From NCBI GenBank assembly GCA_903858975.1, contig CAIOKW010000037.1, positions 1 to 42,137 of the forward strand: a stretch of DNA of 42,137 nucleotides, in the 5' to 3' direction. The DNA is from Oligoflexia bacterium. Its GTDB lineage: Bacteria; Bdellovibrionota; UBA1018; CAIMNF01. The notes under the pieces were generated by a model that was given only the letters and a program-made list of their open reading frames with translations, was not told the DNA's origin and ran no database searches. A program made the position numbers and the translations under genes. Position 1 is the stretch's first letter; every line of letters begins with the position of its first letter. Below are positions 9,037 through 17,298 of this stretch, piece after piece.

Positions 9037-11133
9037 ATGCATCAGGTGTCGGTACAGGAAAAGAAATTTCAGATCATCGGTATGACGTGCGCTTCATGCG
9101 TGAATCACGTGGAACGCGCCCTTCGGGAAATCCCAGGGGTGGATGAAGCAGTGGTCAATCTCGCGACAGAACGTGCTCGGATTCACTCCCATCAAGAAAT
9201 CAGCGATGAAAGCATCAAGAGAGCAATCGAGGCCGCAGGATATCACGTACGCTTTGGTGCAAAGCTAGATCCTGCAATCATTGCTGAATCCGAAAAGCGT
9301 GCGCTTTTCCTAGCGGGTATGCTTGGACTTCCCTTGGTGCTCATGATTCACCTTCCATTCTGGGTCGAGCTCATACTAGCATCCTTGATTCAGTTTTGGT
9401 TTGGTCGAGGATTCTATCGAGGGGCATTTCATGCGCTCAGGAATCGTGTTGGAAACATGGATCTCCTGATTGCGCTTGGAACAAGTGCAGCCTTTGCGCT
9501 GAGTTTTTTTGTGTCACACCCTTATTTTGAAAGCTCTGCGATGATCATTATTCTCGTAAGACTGGGAAAGTATCTGGAGCTCAGGGCAAAGATGAGAACG
9601 ACAGAAAGTCTAAAGGCACTCGAAAAGCTACAGGCAACTACAGCTCGCGTTCGTTTTGGTGATCAGACTTTTGAAATGCCCATTAGCGGAATCAAGCGAG
9701 GGGATCTGATACTGATTTTGCCCGGGGAACGAGTACCTCTGGATGGAGTGGTGATCGAAGGGGAGACCGAGCTTGATGAATCTTTTTTGACCGGAGAAAG
9801 TGCACTGATCGGGAAGCGCCCGGGCGACCGAGTTTCGGGAGGCTCGCTGAATACCACCGGTGCCTTCACGATCAAAGTTCTTGCGCTTGGCGCTGATACC
9901 TTACTTTCCAAAATGATCCGCCTGATTGAGGACGCCCAAGATAAGAAAGCGCCGATTCAAAAGCTCGTAGACCGAGTGAGCGCGTATTTCGTTCCCATTG
10001 TACTCATCATCGCCGCAGCGACGCTCCTTCTCTACGGGATTTTTCATGGGTTTCATGAGGAGGCGTTCTTAAGAAGTATTTCCGTTTTAGTCATCGCCTG
10101 TCCGTGTGCACTGGGACTGGCAACCCCGACCGCATTGATGGTTGGAACTGGCCTTGCAGCCAAGCACGGCATCTTGATCCGTGATGCTGAAGCGCTGGAG
10201 CGGGTTCACGCATTGACTGCAATGGGTTTAGATAAAACGGGAACCCTGACCTACGGGAAACCTAAATTAACAGAAATCATTTCTAGTGACTCTGAACAGG
10301 CGCTACGAATGGCTCTAGCGCTTCAACAAGGCAGTGAGCATCCGCTTGCGAGCGCAATCTTAAAAGCCTGCGAATTAAAATCGATCAAAGCCCCCGCCGC
10401 AAAGGATCTCAGGTCTATTCCGGGTAAGGGAATAGAGGGTTCAGTTGATGGAGTCCTTTATAAAATGGGATCCGCGCGCTTGCTGAAGGAGCTCCATCTT
10501 GAAATCCCAGTGTCGCCCGGCGATTTGACTACCGCCTACCTGGTCGACTGGAGTGCAAAGAAAATTCTAGCAAGCTTCCTTTTTGAGGATGAGGTGAAGG
10601 AGACGGCACGTGCCTTTTTAGATGGAATCAGAGCCCTTGGAATCAAGCCGATCTTGATGACCGGGGATCGCACTGAAGTCGCGAAGCGAGTTGCCGATCA
10701 GCTTCAACTTGAAACTTACTATGGGAACCTTTTGCCGGAAGAAAAGGCAGAGAAGCTGGAAGAACTTCAAGGGAAAGGTGAAATCGTCGCAATGCTGGGC
10801 GATGGGGTGAATGATGCTCCCGCTTTAACGATCGCTGATATTGGAATTGCATTATCCACAGGTACCGATGTGGCCATGCAAACGGCCGGTATCACCTTGT
10901 TTGGGGGTGACCCCAACAAAGCACTCGAGGCCATTCAGATATCACGTAAAACTTATGACAAAATCAGACAGAACTTAATCTGGGCGTTTGTGTATAACGT
11001 GATTGGTATACCCTTAGCGGCCTTTGGTCTCTTAAGTCCGATGTTAGCTGGAAGTGCAATGGCCTTAAGTAGTGTGAGTGTGGTGTCGAACTCATTATTG
11101 CTGGGAAGATTTAAAATTTCGAAGGAGAAATAA
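9037..11133 (+). CDS. copA: Copper-translocating P1B-type ATPase
   Basis: 698 aa. It has an N-terminal HMA domain (GMTCASCVNHVERAL), the TM CPC motif (ACPCALGLATP), the phosphorylation site DKTGTLT and the hinge GDGVNDAPAL. Confidence 0.93.
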   Translation: MHQVSVQEKKFQIIGMTCASCVNHVERALREIPGVDEAVVNLATERARIHSHQEISDESIKRAIEAAGYHVRFGAKLDPAIIAESEKRALFLAGMLGLPLVLMIHLPFWVELILASLIQFWFGRGFYRGAFHALRNRVGNMDLLIALGTSAAFALSFFVSHPYFESSAMIIILVRLGKYLELRAKMRTTESLKALEKLQATTARVRFGDQTFEMPISGIKRGDLILILPGERVPLDGVVIEGETELDESFLTGESALIGKRPGDRVSGGSLNTTGAFTIKVLALGADTLLSKMIRLIEDAQDKKAPIQKLVDRVSAYFVPIVLIIAAATLLLYGIFHGFHEEAFLRSISVLVIACPCALGLATPTALMVGTGLAAKHGILIRDAEALERVHALTAMGLDKTGTLTYGKPKLTEIISSDSEQALRMALALQQGSEHPLASAILKACELKSIKAPAAKDLRSIPGKGIEGSVDGVLYKMGSARLLKELHLEIPVSPGDLTTAYLVDWSAKKILASFLFEDEVKETARAFLDGIRALGIKPILMTGDRTEVAKRVADQLQLETYYGNLLPEEKAEKLEELQGKGEIVAMLGDGVNDAPALTIADIGIALSTGTDVAMQTAGITLFGGDPNKALEAIQISRKTYDKIRQNLIWAFVYNVIGIPLAAFGLLSPMLAGSAMALSSVSVVSNSLLLGRFKISKEK

Positions 11134-11136
11134 CAG

Positions 11137-12246
11137 ATGTTGAAATCAACTTTGCCCCGCCTCTGCTGTCCGCAGCTTCATCGAGAAAAGCAGTGCTTAG
11201 GCGCACTTCAGATCAAAGACGAAAGCGCTCCAGATGAGATTACCTATGGCACCCTTCTTTGTTCTGTTTGCGAAAGCGAATACCCCATCTTTGAGGGTGT
11301 TGCGATTTTGGTTCCAGATGTACGGGCCTATTTACTCACTCATGTGAAGGGAATATCGAAGTTCGTCGCCGATGAACACATTCCCTTAGAGTATTTAGAG
11401 GATTATCAAGACTACCGAAACGAAATTGAAGAAGAGCACATTGAAGAGGATCTCGAGTCTGACCGAGTGAATGCGCTTTACTTAATGAATCATTATCTGA
11501 GTGTATCAGGTGCCGAAACTCAGTGGTGGAAGAGTGTTCCCGAGTCAGAGAGTCCTTTGATCACCGAACTCATTGAAAAATATTGGGATCATGGCCCCCT
11601 ATCAGTGGTACCGGCTTGGGTTCCAGAACACTCAGCAGTGATTGAGTTGGGATGTGGTGTCGGCGGATTGTATCGGAAGTTAAAAAAGCACAGCGATTTT
11701 TACCTCGGAGTCGATAGTTCTTTCCAGAGTATCCTGATCGCCCGACACCTCAATTTAGGAACCCCTTATCGAGGGGAGCTTCGCTATCCCGGAGATCTTT
11801 TGTATGGAAATCTTTCTCAAAAAATGGAAGTGAGTATTGAGTCGGGCGGCCAGCGTGAAGGAAAGCTGCAGGTGGATTTCGTAGTCGGTGAGATTGATGC
11901 GGTTCCCGCAATTCATGGCGGATTTGATGTCTCTATTTCATTAAATGCCATTGATATGCTGGATGAACCGAAGCGCCTACCGGAAGCCCAGGCGAGAGTC
12001 ATAAAATCAGGCGGACTCTGTATTCAAAGCGGACCTTATATTTGGCACGAAAAAATTGCACGCGGGCTTCGTGGTCGGGCACCTCGAGACACGAAAGATT
12101 CAGCTTCCGTGGTGGAATGGCTTTATCGAAAATCAGGCTTTAAAATTGAAGATAGTGAAAGACACATCCCTTGGTTGTTTTTTAAGCACTTAAGGCAAAT
12201 CGAGATTTACTCCGTCCATGCCTTTGTTGCAAAGAAAGAAACTTAG
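11137..12246 (+). CDS. Class I SAM-dependent methyltransferase with an N-terminal Trm112-like zinc ribbon
   Basis: 369 aa. The Cys pairs LCCPQ...C and LLCSVCESEYPIFEGVAILVPD mark the ribbon. The SAM motif I is IELGCGVGG. Confidence 0.7.
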   Translation: MLKSTLPRLCCPQLHREKQCLGALQIKDESAPDEITYGTLLCSVCESEYPIFEGVAILVPDVRAYLLTHVKGISKFVADEHIPLEYLEDYQDYRNEIEEEHIEEDLESDRVNALYLMNHYLSVSGAETQWWKSVPESESPLITELIEKYWDHGPLSVVPAWVPEHSAVIELGCGVGGLYRKLKKHSDFYLGVDSSFQSILIARHLNLGTPYRGELRYPGDLLYGNLSQKMEVSIESGGQREGKLQVDFVVGEIDAVPAIHGGFDVSISLNAIDMLDEPKRLPEAQARVIKSGGLCIQSGPYIWHEKIARGLRGRAPRDTKDSASVVEWLYRKSGFKIEDSERHIPWLFFKHLRQIEIYSVHAFVAKKET

Positions 12247-13442
12247 ACGACTTCACCCGCCGCAGCCCCTGAGGCCCAAGCCCATTGGAAGTTATAGCCC
12301 CCAAGCCAGCCCGTCACATCCACGACCTCGCCAATAAAATAGAGGCCGGGAACCTTTTTCGCTTCCATAGTTTTTGAAGAAAGTTCGTTCGTATCCACAC
12401 CACCGCGAGTGACCTCGGCTTTCGAGTAACCGACGGTGTCTTTCGGAATAAAAGTCCAGGCTTTCAGTGTTTCACAGAACACTTTGAGTTCTTTTTCCGA
12501 AACATCGGGAAGGGGCCTTGGATCGTTGAAATAGAGCTCACAAAAACGCTCAGCAAGCCTCGAAGGGAGAACCTCACTGAGAAGATTTTTCACAAGAGAT
12601 TTGTTTCCGGCCTTTTTCTTCTGAAGAAACCAATCAAAAATATCGGTATGGGGAGTAGTATCAACGACCACATTGTCTCCGGTGTGCCAGTGGAGTGATG
12701 CCTGAAGGGTAGCGGGTCCGCTTAGCCCTGCGTGGGTGAAGAGAATGGCCTCGTGAAAGGTAATTCCATTACAGGTAATTTTTGCATCAAACGCAACTCC
12801 CGCAAGTCCATCAAAGCGTCTCGCGTCCTGATCACTTAAGATGAAGCCATCGAGTGCAGCCGCTCGGTCAATGAGCTTTAATCCAAACTGTTTCGCAACC
12901 ACATAGCCAAATCCGCTTGCACCAATTTTCGGAATCGAAAGGCCGCCGCAGGCGATGACGAGTGAATCACAGGTGTGCTCCCCGAGTGAGGTTTTCACTC
13001 GAAACCGTGGGGACTCAGAATCACCCGCTAACTTTTCGATCGCTCGAATTTCGGTATGGAGCTGAAACTCCGCATTCACTTTCTCGCATTCATTTTGGAG
13101 CATGTTCACGATTTCTTGCGCGCTAAAATCACAAAACTGTTGGCCGAGTTTTTTTTCATGGAAACGGATCCCGTGTTCACGAACGAGCTCAATAAAGTCA
13201 GAGGGTGTATAGCGGGCGAGCGCCGACTTAGCAAAGTGGGGATTTTGGGACACGTAATTATTGGGTCCCGCACCCGTATTGGTGAAATTGCAACGCCCGC
13301 CACCAGAGATCAGGATTTTACCGCCGATTTTTTTGGCATGATCTAGCAAAAGGACTTGGCGCCCACGACGCCCCGCTTGAATGGCGCACATCATTCCTGC
13401 GCCGCCTGCCCCAATAATAATGACTTCTGAATGCTTTAACAT
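12243..13442 (-). CDS. BaiN/RdsA (YhiN, HI0933-like) family NAD(P)/FAD-dependent oxidoreductase
   Basis: Motifs VIIIGAGGAGMMCAI, GGGRCNFTN and C-terminal LYFIGEVVDVTGWLGGYNFQWAWASG. The ORF-track start at 13451 is a GTG, and the ATG at 13442 (MLKHSEV...) is preferred. The stop overlaps the convergent methyltransferase stop by 4 nt. Confidence 0.85.
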   Translation of the reverse strand: MLKHSEVIIIGAGGAGMMCAIQAGRRGRQVLLLDHAKKIGGKILISGGGRCNFTNTGAGPNNYVSQNPHFAKSALARYTPSDFIELVREHGIRFHEKKLGQQFCDFSAQEIVNMLQNECEKVNAEFQLHTEIRAIEKLAGDSESPRFRVKTSLGEHTCDSLVIACGGLSIPKIGASGFGYVVAKQFGLKLIDRAAALDGFILSDQDARRFDGLAGVAFDAKITCNGITFHEAILFTHAGLSGPATLQASLHWHTGDNVVVDTTPHTDIFDWFLQKKKAGNKSLVKNLLSEVLPSRLAERFCELYFNDPRPLPDVSEKELKVFCETLKAWTFIPKDTVGYSKAEVTRGGVDTNELSSKTMEAKKVPGLYFIGEVVDVTGWLGGYNFQWAWASGAAAGEVV

Positions 13443-13733
13443 GCCCCTCACTTTAAGGCCTAGTCAGTCTCTCGGCAATCTTAAAGCGAGAATGGGACAA
13501 GGGGCGCTTCCCCTTTGGGATCCTTTGTCTCGTGTCCCGGCTCGAAAGAGTAGAAGTCTTCCTCATTGCCGATGGGGCCACGAAAATCTTGGCCTCCTAT
13601 TTGCAATTCATTCAAACGGGTAACACGAGTTTCAAGAGGCGCGGTCGGGGACGCCCAATCCTATCCTATCCCTACGTTCTCTCCCGCGCTTCTTGAAACC
13701 GGCCCTTTCTTTTTTCAGCAAGAGGGTAGTGCA

Positions 13734-15149
13734 TTGTTTGAGTTATTATTTTTCAGTATTGGGGTCTTGTTTTTACTGGGCTCTGTGGATGACCTCTTGA
13801 TTGATATCGCACACTTCTTTCATGGGATTAAGCCGATCAAAATCTCATCCCTTCAATGGGCGGTCTGGCGGGCTCAAGCCGAGAAGCCGATCGCGATCAT
13901 GATTCCAGCATGGCAGGAGTCCTCCGTTTTGAGGGCTATGGTCAGAACGAACCTTGCGCGCATTCAGTATCACAATTACCGATGGTTCATTGGAGTGTAT
14001 CCCAATGATTCAGAGACGCTCGAGATTGCTAAATCACTCTCTGAAGAATACCCAGACAAAGTAGTCATGGTGGTTACTGACCGTCCCGGTCCCACCTCAA
14101 AAGCGCACTGTCTGAATTGCATCATGCGAGTAATTCAAGGAATGGTAAAAATTGCGCAAAAAGAAGGGAGCGGTTGGATCCCACACTATGTTGCCATTCA
14201 TGATGCAGAGGACGTCATTCATCCAGACGCATTTACGGTGATCAATGGGCAAGCGGATGATCTTGATTTTATCCAGGTGCCGATCTTTTCATTGCCAGTT
14301 CCCGCGCGCGATTGGGTTTCGGGCACTTACCTCGATGAGTTTGCAGAGATTCACCTGAAAGAGGTTCCGGTTCGGAAGGTTCTCAATATGCCCATCCCCA
14401 GTGCGGGGGTAGGAACCTTTTTTTCACTCGATCTGCTATTTAAAATGGGCGAGCGATTTCACTATTGGTTTGATGAGGAGAATCTGACGGAGGATTATGA
14501 AATTTCCCTCCGTATTGCTCGACTCGGGGGCAAACAGGATTTTCTTCTCTATTTAGATGAAGAAAATCAGATGATTGCAACTCGTGAATATTTCCCTCAC
14601 GAACTGGGTCGATCGATCCGACAAAAGACGAGATGGACGACTGGCATTGGACTTCAGACGATGTCGAAATGGCGCGGGTATGGAAGTTTTGCGAATGCCA
14701 GGCACAGTTATCGGGACCTTGTGACCGCTTATGCGATTGCTCGCGATCGTAAGGCGCTTTGGGCGAATCCCAGTGTGATGTTTGCCTGGTTTGTGATGAC
14801 TTTGTTCTTATTGTCTATCTTCCTGCACGCTCAAGGGAGCGCATCGGGGTGGAAGCATCCAAATTGGATCCTGACCTTACTTACGGCAAATTTTGTCTTG
14901 TTTGGATTTCGGATGTTTCAGCGGGCACGCTTCTGCGCTCAAATCTATGGAAAAACACACGGTGTCCTTGCGATTCCTCGAGTAGCGCTTTCCACCTATA
15001 TCAATGGTGTGGCCTGTATTCGCGCGCTCCTTCAGTACTTTGGCGCTGCTAAGACCCAGCAGCAAGGAAAAATAGCCTGGGATAAGACCGACCATCGCTT
15101 TCCAGATTTATTGCCTCCTCAAGAAAAAAAGGTGGAGGGAGTTCATTGA
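13734..15149 (+). CDS. NfrB-family (phage N4 adsorption protein B-like) GT2 exopolysaccharide synthase, lacking the C-terminal MshEN domain
   Basis: Blocks match E. coli NfrB as I remember it: GSVDDLLIDI, PIAIMIPAWQES, FIGVYPNDSET, RPGPTSKAHCLN, IHDAEDVIHP, GTYLDEFAEIHLKEVPVR, PSAGVGTFFS, LTEDYEISLRI, REYFPH...RQKTRWTTGI and IAWDKTDHRFP. The protein ends about 25 aa after the last block. The probable start is TTG 13734, 7 nt after GAGGG; the track start at 13566 (TTG) adds a non-hydrophobic 56-aa extension. Confidence 0.85.
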   Translation: MFELLFFSIGVLFLLGSVDDLLIDIAHFFHGIKPIKISSLQWAVWRAQAEKPIAIMIPAWQESSVLRAMVRTNLARIQYHNYRWFIGVYPNDSETLEIAKSLSEEYPDKVVMVVTDRPGPTSKAHCLNCIMRVIQGMVKIAQKEGSGWIPHYVAIHDAEDVIHPDAFTVINGQADDLDFIQVPIFSLPVPARDWVSGTYLDEFAEIHLKEVPVRKVLNMPIPSAGVGTFFSLDLLFKMGERFHYWFDEENLTEDYEISLRIARLGGKQDFLLYLDEENQMIATREYFPHELGRSIRQKTRWTTGIGLQTMSKWRGYGSFANARHSYRDLVTAYAIARDRKALWANPSVMFAWFVMTLFLLSIFLHAQGSASGWKHPNWILTLLTANFVLFGFRMFQRARFCAQIYGKTHGVLAIPRVALSTYINGVACIRALLQYFGAAKTQQQGKIAWDKTDHRFPDLLPPQEKKVEGVH

Positions 15150-16213
15150 TGAAAGCGCTAGGGGATATGGGATTGTGGTTTGCATTTCTTTTATTGTTTC
15201 CACTTGTATCTCAATCAAAAGAACTCATTAAGGGGCGGGTCACTTTTGTGGACCAATGTACGGGTGAACCGAGCTCATTCACCACACCCAATGGCACTAC
15301 GCTACGACTTGACTTATTTGATCTCAATATCACACAGTCACTTCACATTCATGTTCACTACCAATTGGCCGGAGCTCCGGCAGATACGACTCGGCAACAT
15401 GCCTATGACTATCAGTACAATTATGATCCCGGCGAGTTTGATCAAAATTTAAAGTTTTTCTTTAAAACTCCCCGAGAGCGCGAACTCAATTCGGTGGAGA
15501 AAATGATTCCGGGCTCTCACATTTGGCAAGCTTCAGTGACTTGGGATCAGGGCACGGGCTTTGGCCAGGGCGTCGACACTCTTTACCGCGCCACCGGTAC
15601 ACCCACACTCTATAAGATGAATTCGGATGTGGTCTGCCACTGGACCTCGAGTCCTGGAATTTCATCCAATTACTATTACAACGCAGACCAACAAAAGATG
15701 ATGGTCCAGAGGGAAGTGAGGGATATCTCCCAAAGTAGCATCAATCATGAACCCGATGCTATGAATCCCCTCACGACTCCACAAAGTATTTATGGAGTCT
15801 CCGGGTTCTACTTTAGCAATCGGGATCATGAGTCCTACCTGAATCAAAACATGATGTTGAATCGCTCCTGGACCCTTTATCAAAACCAGGGCGGGATTTT
15901 TGCGGATCATTTCTATTTTTCACGCATTCGAGCAGAGCGTTTTGAGTGGAGCCCAAATGAGAATGGATGTGGGCAATATCAAAAAGTGGAATCCGGAACC
16001 CTCGATGTGGGGACTCCGGTATCAGAATTTTATTCAGCTCCTCAATCGCTCTCGGGTGATCCCGATGGGATGCTCAATTTTCTTCAGGCCTACATTCCCA
16101 ATCTCGATACCTGTTCAGCACAAGGCTTGTCTCCCCCTAGCTCGATTCCAGATGGAACCTCGTTCCAAAATGAAGCCCTCATTTTCAATTCAGATACCCC
16201 AAAACCTCAGTAA
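15149..16213 (+). CDS. Secreted hypothetical protein (EPS-operon member 2)
   Basis: The ATG overlaps the synthase stop (TGATG), with GGAGG 10 nt upstream. Signal peptide MKALGDMGLWFAFLLLFPLVSQS. It is rich in N/Q/Y/S and has no recognisable domain. Confidence 0.65.
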   Translation: MKALGDMGLWFAFLLLFPLVSQSKELIKGRVTFVDQCTGEPSSFTTPNGTTLRLDLFDLNITQSLHIHVHYQLAGAPADTTRQHAYDYQYNYDPGEFDQNLKFFFKTPRERELNSVEKMIPGSHIWQASVTWDQGTGFGQGVDTLYRATGTPTLYKMNSDVVCHWTSSPGISSNYYYNADQQKMMVQREVRDISQSSINHEPDAMNPLTTPQSIYGVSGFYFSNRDHESYLNQNMMLNRSWTLYQNQGGIFADHFYFSRIRAERFEWSPNENGCGQYQKVESGTLDVGTPVSEFYSAPQSLSGDPDGMLNFLQAYIPNLDTCSAQGLSPPSSIPDGTSFQNEALIFNSDTPKPQ

Positions 16214-16222
16214 GGAGAAACC

Positions 16223-17278
16223 ATGAAAAAATTAGTTCGCGTTACGAAGATCGTATTACTGCTGCTACTCGGAGTCAGTCAGGCGGAAGCGCAGGCACAA
16301 TTAAAATCGAGCATAGCGATCACTGGAGTTACGGTATCTAAACTCAATGCTGCAGATGCAGGAATGAGTGGATACCGGGATTGTCAGAACTTTAAAGGCA
16401 CCAATCAAAACAATACCGTTTGGATCAAACCCAGTATCAGCGGGGGATCGGGGGAGTATGAGCACACGATCATTTGGAGGTTCGGAGCAGGTTATCAAAA
16501 TTATTCCACTGGGGACCAGCAATTTGAGAAGACGATTCCAGATGGAAATTCCTATGGAATTACCATGCCCGCCCTCCGAGAGGATGTTCCTTATGTTCAA
16601 CAGTCAATCTTAGTGCTTTCAAAGGATCTTCACACCGGATTGGTCGTGAATCAGGAGAAGCTTTTCACTGTATCTCGAAATGTCATTTTGGCACCCACAG
16701 AAGATGTTAAACTTGCAGACCAAAACTGTTATCAGCGTTATCCCGCATTTGAGTCGATGATTGGCGTACTTTCAAATGGTAGCACGAACTCGAGTAATCT
16801 CGTCATTAAGCAGGGGATCGATCATCTTTGGAATAATACGAGCGGAAGTTCGTGGGGATTCTATGTGTCGCCCTTATCTTTTATTTCGGTGGCTGGATTG
16901 TCACTCGGAAATCTTTTGAGTCTCAATCGAAATTACTTTACCAGTCTTTCAAAGCAGACGAGTGAAACGGTGGAAGTGAGTACGGACTATCAACTCTCTC
17001 CGGGTGATTACATGCAGATTTACACTCAGAAAACTCGTTATGTAAATAACTACGACGCGACCATGATTGATGCCTGTGGCGGCACCCAAAAATTCCCGGG
17101 AGCCTACAAAATGCAGTGGTGGGGATTTGCGTATCACGCGCTCCCGATTAACCCCTTTGATCCATCAAAACCAAATCCGAACAACATTGGAGCTAGACCG
17201 GTGAATACGTGCCCGGCCGAACTCTCTGCCGGCATGGATCAAGTGGAAGCCTTGCCCTTTTATCAAACTAACCTTTAA
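16223..17278 (+). CDS. Secreted hypothetical protein (EPS-operon member 3)
   Basis: AAGGAG RBS before ATG 16223 and signal peptide MKKLVRVTKIVLLLLLGVSQAEA. No recognisable domain. Confidence 0.65.
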   Translation: MKKLVRVTKIVLLLLLGVSQAEAQAQLKSSIAITGVTVSKLNAADAGMSGYRDCQNFKGTNQNNTVWIKPSISGGSGEYEHTIIWRFGAGYQNYSTGDQQFEKTIPDGNSYGITMPALREDVPYVQQSILVLSKDLHTGLVVNQEKLFTVSRNVILAPTEDVKLADQNCYQRYPAFESMIGVLSNGSTNSSNLVIKQGIDHLWNNTSGSSWGFYVSPLSFISVAGLSLGNLLSLNRNYFTSLSKQTSETVEVSTDYQLSPGDYMQIYTQKTRYVNNYDATMIDACGGTQKFPGAYKMQWWGFAYHALPINPFDPSKPNPNNIGARPVNTCPAELSAGMDQVEALPFYQTNL

Positions 17279-17298
17279 TCACAGATCAGGTAAAAATA

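Noticed and set aside
13566-13733. A 56-codon N-terminal extension of the NfrB-like synthase, from the track start TTG 13566 or ATG 13572.
   Set aside because: The extension (MPMGPRKSWPPICNSFKRVTRVSRG...) has no counterpart in NfrB, which begins about 30 aa before the DDFFID block. A TTG with a GAGGG SD at 13734 fits better. This is not excluded experimentally.
13452-13733. A c-di-GMP (GEMM-I-like) riboswitch upstream of the MshEN-less synthase, suggested by GGGGACGCCCAATCC resembling GGGACGCAAAGCC.
   Set aside because: Only one short half-motif is loosely similar. The paired P1/P2 architecture and the GCACAGGGCAAACC-type first half are absent.
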